From NCBI RefSeq assembly GCF_001194135.2, contig NC_068992.1, positions 1,621,644-1,685,566 of the forward strand: a stretch of DNA of 63,923 bases. Direction: 5' to 3'. Both the position numbers and the translations under genes were made by a program. Below, in pieces: positions 26,344-38,580 of the stretch; the first letter of the stretch is position 1, and every line of letters begins with the position of its first letter. Origin of the DNA: Octopus bimaculoides. Taxonomy: Eukaryota. The notes under the pieces were generated by a model. It did no database searches. It saw only the letters and a list, made by a program, of their open reading frames with translations, and was not told where the DNA came from.

Positions 26344-27163
26344 TTAAATGTGTTTAATTGTACACTAATTTTTATATTAAAAAAGTACGTCTATTGACTT
26401 TGTATACATACTAGGACACTGGTATAAAAAATTTCTATAATTTAAATTTTCTAAATATATATATATATATAACTCCTTGACCTAACAGACTCATTATCGT
26501 CCTTAAACTCTTCTCACAAGGTTTAATGCAATAGTGCGATGTTTACTTAGATGTCAACTGGAGATGAACAGAAAATATGCTTCACGTTACGGAATTGCAA
26601 TTTACAGCACGTTTTTCAAGAAGGCATTGTTTCAGTAAAGCGCTGATTGCCCATTGCTGTCCCTCTGTTTGTATATTTTTCACTCTCTCTCTATCTCTCT
26701 CTCTCTCTCTGTCTCTCTCTCTCTCTCTCCCTTTCTCTTTTTATACATATATATATACTAATATATTGTGTGAGCGTGTGAATGCGTCTAGATATGCATG
26801 CATCAATATTTGCTTGTATGTGCTGGACGTATGTTTGTATATAGGTAGGTGTGTATAAAGCGGTGTTTACGTGTGCTTAAATATTTCTCAAATTAAGTAG
26901 CATATTTATGGTTCCGTAATTTATCTGGGGGACACCTCATTACCATTATTGTATACATTTTTTGAAACCGGAAATAGTATCTTTAATGCCTAACAGATCA
27001 CATATTTTCATTCTACATTGCAATTTCAAGACAAGGAAGGTAAAAATAAAATAGACGCGAATGACGATTACATTTTGTTCTGTAACAGATATACTTCGCA
27101 TGGGATTTTAAATAAATGTGTGCATAGCATATTCACCGCCGTATAAATGCAAAGTATTGGTTT

Positions 27164-27368
27164 TTAAATTTTGAAACAAGGCCACCAATTTCGTGGAAGG
27201 GCCTGCCTTGATTAAATTGACCCAATTCTTCACTTTTGCTTATTTTATCAATACCGCAAGGATGAATGTCGTCGCCTAAGGCGTTTGAACCCCAGAAAAC
27301 ATAAAGAATCACGAAATACAGCTAAGCTTTCTGCCCTACGTGATAATGATCTTGCCAGATCGCCGTAA
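27164..27368 (-). mobile_element. SINE family A, degraded
   Basis: Collinear with the reverse complement of 6383-6598 (aaattttgaaacaaggcc...tttgaacc...ttgccagatcgccg). Confidence 0.75.
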
Positions 27369-27457
27369 TTGTATACGACAAAATATTAAAACTATTATAT
27401 GTATGGTGAAATTAGAATTCTCTTCTGTACATAATGTTTCTCTCTCTACACAGCAAT

Positions 27458-27662
27458 ATTCGTTTCAAATTTTGACTCAAGGCTAGAAGTTTCGGAGGAA
27501 GAGATAAGTCGATTTCATCGACCCCAATATTCTACTGGTACTTATTTTATCGACCCCAAAACAATAAAAGCAAACTCGATCCAGGCGCCAGAACTCAAAT
27601 TCAGGAGAAATGCCGCCAAGTATTTTTTGGCGACGCGATAATAACTCTGCCTGCATGCCACC
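27458..27662 (-). mobile_element. SINE family A, degraded
   Basis: ttcaaattttgactcaagg...ggtacttattttatcgacccc...gaactc...ctgcctgcatgccacct is collinear with the other copies. Confidence 0.75.
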
Positions 27663-27749
27663 TGTTCTCTCTCGTAACGTTCAGGTTCTTTCTTGTCAGT
27701 TGTTCTCGCTTCTCCACTTACCTTCAATTTAGGTGTGTATGGATTTATA

Positions 27750-27840
27750 CAGTTCTATATTTAAGAGATGAGGAATTATGGACATTATTTATATTTGACG
27801 GATATTTGTCTCCATCTTGTTTGTTGTTAACACAACGTTT
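27750..27840 (-). mobile_element. 3' portion of the hammerhead-SINE family, truncated at the hammerhead
   Basis: The reverse complement aaacgttgtgttaacaacaaacaagatggagacaaatatccgtcaaat...cataattcctcatctcttaaatatagaactg matches 9893-9959 and carries the terminus that appears inverted at 9654-9682. Confidence 0.85.
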
Positions 27841-28527
27841 GAAAAAATTATGTAAATAATATAAATGATGTGTATGGATTTCTTTTGAACTCCACTTCAT
27901 TTACTAAGTCTGAAGTGTAAAATAAAATTCCATTTGAAAAGAAAGAAATATCTTAAACTTTTTAATGTAAAAAACTTGGTACTACATAGTATTTCTGTAA
28001 CTGAACGATTTTCTTACAAAAGTAGGCAACATCATTGCAATGAGCGTTAACGCTGGCACTTCCAATCTGTAGGATGCAAAGTACCTGTTCCTTTAGCAAG
28101 GTGCGTTTGCTTGATGCGAATTCGTGTCTTGGAACAACTTTTGTTGTGTCTGATGAGGGTCCTTGTACGAATAATAATAGCAAATGCATGGGTTCAATAC
28201 CATTTCACTTAGCCAATTGACTAACAATAATTAATTTCTACTGCAATAGTGCGTGTGTTATTATTATTGGCGTAATGAGCTTCGTAATAGACAAGACATG
28301 CAATTGTACTTATACGAAATTCTAAATAATGGCTATTTTTAATTGATGGATAAATTTCCTCGAATATAGGCGTCTGTGTCTACATTCTTTTTAAAAATAC
28401 TAGCTCAGCTGTGCAAATCAGAATACAATACAGTATTTAATTCGGTGGATTTACAATTTCAGTTATTGGACCACAATCAGTCATATTGAATGGAAATGGT
28501 TGACAAATACATTTATTATTTTTTTAG

Positions 28528-28614
28528 GGAAGCAGTCAAATACGAGAATACTAGTGATTTTCGGCGTTTTGACTTAGCAAAGGAAGAATGCAACATGTTC
28601 ACAAGGAGAACTAA
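28528..28614 (+). CDS. Possible 87-nt symmetric (phase 2-2) internal exon
   Basis: Acceptor atttattatttttttag, donor aa/gtaata, open frame EAVKYENTSDFRRFDLAKEECNMFTRRT. No family recognised. Confidence 0.2.
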
Positions 28615-29593
28615 GTAATATTACGGTAAGGAACTGAATTATAACGTTTCGTGTAGAATATTTTGTAGGAAAAGAATCTCAGCTGGAAGTAATAGATTTT
28701 CTTCCTCGAGGCTATATAATTTATACTCTTTTGTAAGCTGAATTATTTTCTTAAAATGGCTTCAGGTCATACATTAAGAACAGGTTATAATTGCTTCAAT
28801 TTAACCATTACACACGACTAGTATTAATTATATAAAACTTGTTTGATATCCGAAGCCAAAATCAGAGTGATTTGAAACTTTGTGACGAATGAAAAATTCG
28901 GTTTCTCAGAGGTTTCTGTCTTTCTCGCTCACACTCATAACAACAGAGGCATTGCATTGGAGTACCAGAGTACTTGATGTTTTCGCTCGCACCTAGTTAC
29001 AGCTTTCTAGGTTTAGAAAACAAAAGGGACTCAATGTCATAAAGGACATAATTTTGTTTCGACTGAAAATAGAAACGTAATTAGGAATACTTCAATCTTC
29101 GAGTTTAAGCGTCTCTCTTTCTAAACTTCCCTTTCTAAACTATCAAATTATTGGAATAACAAAAACATTCCGGGTTTCCTGGCAACGCAACAATGTACAA
29201 GAAGCTGAATCCCCAGTTAGAGTTTTACTTTCTGAGGTGTAGAACAATGTCATTGCTTACATTAACAAACATATGCGTTTTACCTCTTGCGATTAACGTA
29301 GTGGAATTGATAGAAACATCGCTTTTATTATCGACATTCAACCATAGAAATATTGGCTCCAAAGTTCTCTCATGTGCAACTAATATTTGTCACTATGACA
29401 TGTACAACTCTTACCAGTTGGCAAACATTACTACACTGCATTCGTATTACTAGTAATACAACAATAACGATATATATGGAAGTGGTTAAACAACCCACCA
29501 GTCTTTCTGTTACTCTCGACATCTGCCGTTTACAGAGGCTCTCTTCCCTTCTCTTTCTCACCCCCCTCTCTTTCTTTCTCTCTTTCACTGTAT

Positions 29594-29632
<39 letters not shown>

Positions 29633-31085
29633 CCTATCTATCTATCTGTCTATCTGCCTATCTAACTATTTATCTCCCTCTCTCTCACTATATATATATN
29701 NNNNNNNNNNNNNNNNNNNNNNNNNNNNNNNNNNNNNNNNNNNNNNNNNNNNNNNNNNNNNNNNNNNNNNNNNNNNNNNNNNNNNNNNNNNNNNNNNNNN
29801 NNNNNNNNNNNNNNNNNNNNNNNNNNNNNNNNNNNNNNNNNNNNNNNNNNNNNNNNNNNNNNNNNNNNNNNNNNNNNNNNNNNNNNNNNNNNNNNNNNNN
29901 NNNNNNNNNNNNNNNNNNNNNNNNNNNNNNNNNNNNNNNNNNNNNNNNNNNNNNNNNNNNNNNNNNNNNNNNNNNNNNNNNNNNNNNNNNNNNNNNNNNN
30001 NNNNNNNNNNNNNNNNNNNNNNNNNNNNNNNNNNNNNNNNNNNNNNNNNNNNNNNNNNNNNNNNNNNNNNNNNNNNNNNNNNNNNNNNNNNNNNNNNNNN
30101 NNNNNNNNNNNNNNNNNNNNNNNNNNNNNNNNNNNNNNNNNNNNNNNNNNNNNNNNNNNNNNNNNNNNNNNNNNNNNNNNNNNNNNNNNNNNNNNNNNNN
30201 NNNNNNNNNNNNNNNNNNNNNNNNNNNNNNNNNNNNNNNNNNNNNNNNNNNNNNNNNNNNNNNNNNNNNNNNNNNNNNNNNNNNNNNNNNNNNNNNNNNN
30301 NNNNNNNNNNNNNNNNNNNNNNNNNNNNNNNNNNNNNNNNNNNNNNNNNNNNNNNNNNNNNNNNNNNNNNNNNNNNNNNNNATATATATATATATATATA
30401 TATATAAGTATATATATGTGTATGAATATACGTATATGAATACACACACACATACACAGACACATAAAATCATGTATGGTTCAATCTTAGTGTTATATAT
30501 GCTTTATTTTTCACGTCAGTAAAGGTCATTAAAATATTAGTGCTATTCAAAATGATGGCATGCTTGTAGGAGACCAGATACATACGCAATAATTTGCCAT
30601 CAGGACTAACGATTCGAATTCTTTAATTCTTAGATGTGAGGCGGTAAAATATCGATCAATAGCGTTTGTAAAAAAATATAAACGAACTTAAAATTAAATG
30701 TATATTAAATAAGAGTATTAAAAAAATCTATAAAAAGCAAAACCCAAAGCACCAATATCACAGAATTTTTTTTTCTTCATTAATGGTAATTTTATCTATT
30801 TTATATTTTGTTCATTCTCTGTGATCAAGAAGGATATATTTCATCATAATGTTGTTACTGCTTGTCACTGTCTCAGTCGCAGTCGATATGTTTTGTCTTT
30901 GTTAACTCAACATAAGCGTTGATTTGTATAGATTTCAGCAAAAAACACGAACTATATATTGCATTCATTCAAATTTGCTACTCATCACCAATATATTGAT
31001 TCATATTTGTATATCTTTATAATGTTTATATTAATTTACACTTAGATATTTTGTTTCAAAATACATATGTATGCATGTATGACTG

Positions 31086-31118
<33 letters not shown>

Positions 31119-33894
31119 NNNNNNNNNNNNNNNNNNNNNNNNNNNNNNNNNNNNNNNNNNNNNNNNNNNNNNNNNNNNNNNNNNNNNNNNNNNNNNNNNN
31201 NNNNNNNNNNNNNNNNNNNNNNNNNNNNNNNNNNNNNNNNNNNNNNNNNNNNNNNNNNNNNNNNNNNNNNNNNNNNNNNNNNNNNNNNNNNNNNNNNNNN
31301 NNNNNNNNNNNNNNNNNNNNNNNNNNNNNNNNNNNNNNNNNNNNNNNNNNNNNNNNNNNNNNNNNNNNNNNNNNNNNNNNNNNNNNNNNNNNNNNNNNNN
31401 NNNNNNNNNNNNNNNNNNNNNNNNNNNNNNNNNNNNNNNNNNNNNNNNNNNNNNNNNNNNNNNNNNNNNNNNNNNNNNNNNNNNNNNNNNNNNNNNNNNN
31501 NNNNNNNNNNNNNNNNNNNNNNNNNNNNNNNNNNNNNNNNNNNNNNNNNNNNNNNNNNNNNNNNNNNNNNNNNNNNNNNNNNNNNNNNNNNNNNNNNNNN
31601 NNNNNNNNNNATATATATATATATATATATACACAAAGATATGTATGCGTACACATATGTATTTCTTCATATATTATAAATGTATTTATATTTTATATAT
31701 ATATAACAGATTTTGAAATGCGCTTTGGTGTTTCTTCTTTTAAGATTTATTTACAGGTATTTTAGCCTGTTTCGCAACCAAAATATTTTCATATATTGTG
31801 GGAGACGGAGAATCTATTGCCTGACTACGGTGAGAAAATTTGGTACATTTATAAGGGGTTATGCCTTCAGTTGAAATGGTGTGTAGTTAGTTGTTTCATG
31901 CGCTAGGTAATGTATTCGACAATGATTTTCACTTATACCTTTAAATATCACGAATCTACCAAAGATTTTATGGAACAAACAGGAACTCGTCCTACGAAAG
32001 GAGTAAGTTTCTCTGGGATTTTTTAAATACCAAATATATGGTCCTGAATGCCAGACAGTTTCCGGTAAATAAAAGTTTGGATTCGCGAAGAAGAAACCAC
32101 TCGGTTCAGAGTCTTCTGACAAATTATTCGACAGAATAAGGTACAACAGCATAGCAAACAGAGATTGTACTCTATTGCGGTTTACATTCCTGCATATTTT
32201 TAAACTGATAGTATATGAGAGAATCTTACATCTATTAATTCAGTGTTGGATCAACCAGAAACAATGTATTACATAATAAATGCCTTCTTATTAGAACGGA
32301 AATGTTTCGATCTTGTTAAAGATCATTAGTGTATTATTTCTGAATGTATTTGCTGTAGATTTATCAAATATTTATATAGAAGGGGAGACAGGAACGAAGT
32401 AACTGCGCTCGTCATATATATATATATATATATATATAATGGATAGACGACAAAATGTTTCCAAAGCTTGGATTAAATAATTTTATTGGAATTACTTTCG
32501 TTACCTGATTATTTTTTTCGTTTATATTTTCGCGATATCCAAACTGGCTTCTTAACTTCAAAGTGCAATGATTATATCAATTAATTGAAATATTTCAGAT
32601 CACTCTTAGCTCTTTTCCTATATATGTCTAAACTTAAAGAACATAAATTAGAGCAAGTGTTTTTTTTTTTAATACGCTGCTTTCTGAGTAATCATATTTG
32701 CACATATATTTATTTTAAGAGAACTACATAAATGAATTTGATTTTTTCTGACTTTTATTATAGGTGAACTTTTTCAGTGTTCAGAGTTTCTTCATAATTC
32801 CAATATTCTATCTTTAAAAATGTTATTTTTACTTTGTACTTGGTATACACTTGAAGTTCCAAACTAATTTATAACATATAAAACAGAGCCATTTCTGGGA
32901 GAAATGTGTATTATTGAGGAAGAATTGTGCAGTGGAAGTATTTCTTCTGCAATTTGTTGATCTAATGGAAATATTTCTTGTTTCACTCGACAATAGAATA
33001 TGCAACGTAGATATAGCCGGAGAAGTAACAGACTCATTAGTTCAAAAGAACCATTCCTGAAAGACATGTTTATGCTCACATAAAATCACAGTACCAGTGG
33101 AAACTTCAGGGCGCATGAACGAAAGAGAAATATTATTTCAGATGTGTTGAGGGAAATTAATGGAATGAAAAGCACTTGGCACATTTAGTCATGAAGATGA
33201 TGAAGAAGGGCTGCAATTGGCTGAAGATATTTAAGAAAAGTTTGGATTGGTGGTCAATCAACCACATTGTAAGATGCTTACATTACCTGGCTGGCACTGG
33301 GACATGCTGGATTATGGTGCATTTATATTCGGAGCAATGTTATTTTCCAAAGCAAGAATTGGACGTTAAGAAAAACTCCATTCACGGTGTCTGTAGTTAT
33401 GTGGATGATTAGAATAAACTTTCATATCTTTCTAATACTGGAATGAATTTTTCCGCAAGGTTTTTTGTCTTTGGTCTTAAGACACTCGATCTTACACCGT
33501 CACCGACGACTGCCAAGACTTTATAGAAACGAAATTGGAGAACGTTCAGAAGGAACGAATGCAACAACCGACAAAACTGTCGACATAAACTCAACTTAAG
33601 CTACCAAAATCCTCTCTAACCTGATAAAGTCTTCATTTTTTTATCTATGCGGAAACTGGCACACGAAGTTCTCGGTTATCACACAGTACCAACCCCTGTC
33701 ACTACCCCAGTGTAGAACCTATCCTTGTCGCTGCCAATAAGCCACAAATCTCTTTCCAGCACTACTCCAGGCTCAAGCATTTTGCTCAAATAAAAAAAAA
33801 CATCAGTCTATGCTCCCATTCAAATATTTGCAAGATTGAAATTTTTCAAGATAAGGTAACCAACCAACTACCCACATCACGTTTTCTCTTCATT

Positions 33895-34830
33895 CTTACT
33901 GAGACTCACATTAAAAACTCTCACTTGGAAAGATGAAGTAAAAGTGAGGAATTATATCACCATTGATGCAGACTACACCTGTAGAAATAGGGAAGGATAT
34001 GTTGTTTTCCTACACGACTCATTTGGAGTAGATGCAAATCTTTCATTCTCCAATGTTTATTGTGAATCTGTGTTTTGTGTATAACAAAACTAATGATTTA
34101 GCAATAAGTGTGCTCAGTAGGCAAACTCAAGTACCACAAATGTATTTCACAGAATCTTTCATGAAAATTAACGACAATGCTAATCTGAAAAATATTTTCA
34201 TGATGGGTGACTAAACCTAATTACAACTCATATCGTCAAATTGTTCGGCAGAGCAGTGACATGCCTAGGAACTCTCTGCAAAGTAACATCCTACTTATTC
34301 TCATCCAGCAAATGGCAGAGAGTGCTTCTGCATCACTTTGATGACATCCTATTGGCCCTGGGGTATGGTGGTTCCAATCCAGGTGTCACTATCGTGACTT
34401 CCGCAAGGCCATCGATAAGGTTGCACACAGCATCCGTTCACGAGAATGGAGGAGTCGGAGGGAAACAAGGAGAAATCAATTTTTTTTCTGGTGAACAGAA
34501 TCCAGTAAGTAGTGTTCGATGATGGTCGATCAAGTTCAGCTAGATTCATCAGTGGAGTCCCACAAAGCACTGTATTGGGACTATTCCTTTTATTTTTATA
34601 TTTATGACATCAAACAGAGCAGCATTAGAATCTTTACGGGTGACTATGCTTCTGATATTGTCAGGAGGCCGGACTAATCTTCAATCGGATCTGCTCGATG
34701 TTATCCAATGGACGGGAAAGCGCAAGCATTTGTAGCGAAACGAAAATATATTTGAATTAATCCATTTCGGTAAAGATGCTACTCATAAGCTACCATACAC
34801 TTATCCCTCGGACGAAAACCTTGGCCAATG
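33895..34830 (+). mobile_element. Decayed CR1/L2-type LINE (endonuclease plus RT, internally deleted)
   Basis: LTETH...IFMMGD (APE motifs), then YRDFRKAIDKVAH (cf. DFAKAFDKV.H) at ~34390, SGVPQSTVLG (cf. SGVPQGTVLG) at ~34551 and a decayed IRIF.GD motif. Confidence 0.85.
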
Positions 34831-35044
34831 ATGGCCCAAATTTAATTTAGTATCTAATTATGCATACATAGATACACACAAATACACACACAAATACACA
34901 CACAAACACGTGCGCGAGAACACACACACACATAGTGGAAAGTATGTGTACAAATACATGTATGACTATGCTGCTATGTTTAGTAACATTTATCAAACTA
35001 GAATTACCAACCAACGCTTCTACACCTATGTATATATATATGCG

Positions 35045-35640
35045 ACTAAACGAGAGAAATCTGAGCTGATGCATTTCGGATAATAGACATGCTCAAACAA
35101 CAATATTCTTTTCCTTCGGGTGATCCACTTACAGCATTTACTACAAGAATTAAGGGCATCACTGATCTCGATTATAGGGACTACCTTAAAACATTGAAAC
35201 TTTATTCTCTCCATCGCTGCCGTCAACAATACATCATTTGCACGATGTGGAGAATATACCACTAGCATTGCTCAACCGACTTCAATATTTGTTTCAGAAT
35301 TCATCCAAGGCTAGGACCACGGGCCATACGATCCCAACCTAATTCAAGATCACAACATATAAATACTGTAACACAATTTCTTTTCCTCAAGAGGCCCTGA
35401 CCTATTTATCATTGCCCCGAAGAAAATCAAACAGGAAAAGCATCCCATCACCGTTAAACGGAATCTGGACATATTTCTTCACGGATACCAGATAAGCCAC
35501 ATATACTAGCGATACAACTCATTCAACAAGAATTCCCTACTCCAATGGGCCATGATACCATAAAAATTCACTTCGAAAGGATTTAGCAAATCCTATCAGG
35601 GGGTGCTATCCAGGTATATCGGTCCATGGCCTGCACCGAT
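35045..35640 (+). mobile_element. 3' end of a second CR1/L2-type LINE fragment
   Basis: Translation MHFG..LKQQYSFPSG / TTRIKGITDLDYRDYLKTLKLYSLHRCRQQYIICTMWRIYH (cf. L.Y.ERL..LKLYSL.RRR.RY.I..MWKI), followed by further decayed C-terminal sequence. Confidence 0.8.
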
Positions 35641-35724
35641 TTTGGTTGAAGACTACCTAAGTTACCAAGGTATATTAAGTCATATATATAAATATAAACA
35701 TATATTGTATATGTATATGGACAT

Positions 35725-35790
35725 ACATACAGACAGGCTGACAGAAAGACAGATAGGAAGGTAGATAGATAGACAGACAGACAGACATAC

Positions 35791-35859
<69 letters not shown>

Positions 35860-35914
35860 TACAGACAGACAGACATACATACAGATAGATAGATAGATAG
35901 ATAGATAGACAGAC

Positions 35915-35979
<65 letters not shown>

Positions 35980-35986
35980 CACAGAC

Positions 35987-36050
<64 letters not shown>
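35725..36050. repeat. Long (TAGA)n/(CAGA)n tetranucleotide array
   Basis: Directly visible. Confidence 0.97.
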
Positions 36051-36051
<1 letters not shown>

Positions 36052-36984
36052 TGAGAACGATTCCTAATATTTCATATTTTCAAGTAATCAAAATTCGTTT
36101 AGTTATTTAATTCTTACAGCTTAATTGATTTACACGTCTAAACATATTGACAGGTGAGTAACTTTCTCATTGCTGATAGTAGTCCTGATTATATCTTGAA
36201 ATAAAAGAAGTAAACGAAAATTGAGCATATAAGTCTTGTAGAGACGTCGGTATCCGGTATCTGTATTTTCACAACTATTTGCAATCATTGTTTGATGCGG
36301 ATTTGTTATATCTGTCAAGAATGAAATACATTCAATGGAATAAATATGATTATATAATTGTTTTGCATTTAGGCAGGAAGAATTTTGAGCGAAGAATGCT
36401 AGAGTATACCTCTACTGGACTGATGAATGGCAAAGGTGACTTCGCCGGGATTTCAACACAACACTCAAATAACCGGAACATATACTTACATAATATCATT
36501 CCAACTAATGTCGGTACAGTTCACTCAATCTGATTTTTTGTTGTTGTTAGGTCATCAATGTTAAACCACTATATTGCATTTAAATCTACAATCCTATTGG
36601 GTAATACAGAGGTGTAGAATATAAATAATCTAGAAATGTATTTGAAAGCGAAGTGCATTGACATAGCGAAGTGCAGAATAAACAAATAAGCAATCGGATT
36701 CGCTAGCCACACATGATATTCCATGAATTTCATATAGAGGAATACAGTATTGATTCGTTCAGTAACTGATGTTCAAGCATTTAAGCAGTAACTCAATTGC
36801 TACTCAAAGACGAAACAACGATTACTTGATAAATATTCATAAAATTCCGGGATTATGTAATATTAATATTATTAGTACATCTGATAGCATCAATGTTTGA
36901 GCTAAATTTTGATAAACATTCACCTTTAGTATTGCAATTGGAATTCTTACAACGTCTCATTCCTTCTGTTTGTATTTTTTACAG

Positions 36985-37258
<274 letters not shown>

Positions 37259-37624
37259 CTAGCAATGCGTCCCGGCATTGCCCGGGCCGTTATGAACTAC
37301 AGCTCCATTGTATGTATTATTTGTTCGTTTTTTATGGACAGAATAAGCACAGGTGATATGTATTGAACTGGATTACTGGCTTGATGGAAGTTATTGTTTG
37401 TTTAAAAATGATTAGTTGGGTAGAATTTGCATGTGTTTGCATGAAAGAGCTTTCCGCTCTTATCACAAACACGAATTACAGAATACAAAAATATCGTTTC
37501 AATTGAATTTGAGATGAAATTGTACGCGTGCACACAGCAAGAAGTAACATAATTCGTACTGAAGTTTTAGCTAGAGAGTGTGTTTGTGCGTGGGGTGTGT
37601 ATGTGTATGTGTCTGTGCCTCCGT

Positions 37625-37641
37625 GGGTGGGTGCGGGCGGG
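37625..37641 (+). other. Canonical G-quadruplex motif GGGTGGGTGCGGGCGGG
   Basis: Four G3 tracts with loops of 1, 3 and 1 nt in a CpG-containing patch. Confidence 0.6.
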
Positions 37642-38409
37642 CGTGTCAAGGGATGATATTTTAGTGCGTTTTTTTTTTTGTTTGGAGCCGCAACATTGTC
37701 AGCTCGATCATATGGTCGATCATATGTGATCATATGATTCTTCCTTTATTTCCGTGAAAGTTTGTCATTACTTTATGCCTTGAAGAGATTAGAAGTTGAA
37801 AGTTACTTTTGCGACACGTTTGATTGTTTGGTCAATGTTGGACTGTGTCAGTTTGAAGAGATTTTGGTCTGGCGTTCCTAATTGTGTATCTGGTGTTGAA
37901 GAAGCGAAAATTATACCAAAACTCATGATGTAACGGTCTCATGATGCCGTTGCTGACGGACAATCTTTTGTTGCTATAACGTGCTGTATAGATCTTAACA
38001 TCTCTATGAGATAATTTCTCAGAGCGGCAACTGCATGTTACGACATTAAAAACAAGACTTCGGAGTTAACCTCGATGTGCAGATTAATGTTGGTTACAAA
38101 GGCGGCTTCCGTCGGTAAAAGCTTATATATAGAGATATATCTGTATACAACGGACATCGGACAACATCTGCTTGTCATTTCTACTAAGAAAGCTTTCATC
38201 AGTCAAATTCGCACGCAGTAGGGTTCAATCAGAAATCAATCTCCTGACCATACAGCCACATATGTGTGAGTGTTTGTGTATATGCATGTATACACATCCC
38301 TCCACAAGTATGTATAAAGAAGGAGAAAGAGAAAGAAAGATGCATATGTGTACTTCCTTATCAGGTATAACTTCATATATCTCTATATTATGTTCAAAAA
38401 CCATACATT

Positions 38410-38413
<4 letters not shown>

Positions 38414-38490
<77 letters not shown>

Positions 38491-38531
38491 TTATATACAT
38501 ATATATATATGTGTGTGATTGTATGTGTACG

Positions 38532-38578
<47 letters not shown>
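38414..38578. repeat. Compound (TA)n-(TG)n-(TC)n microsatellite
   Basis: Directly visible. Confidence 0.97.

Positions 38579-38580
<2 letters not shown>

Noticed and set aside
28151-28175. CTGATGAGGGTCC possible hammerhead start
   Set aside because: No GAAA or paired stem II follows.
2973-31765. Long ORFs spanning N-runs or (TA/CA/GA/TAGA)n tracts
   Set aside because: Open only because N codons and simple repeats lack stops; no coding evidence.
31907-32002. 96-nt open exon candidate ending at GTAAGT
   Set aside because: Weak acceptor, unrecognised peptide, and phase incompatible with the 28528-28614 candidate.
36373-36445. VYLYWTDEW (YWTD-like) reading and a CTGATGA motif
   Set aside because: The YWTD frame has a stop just upstream and only a poor acceptor; the CTGATGA lacks a following GAAA.
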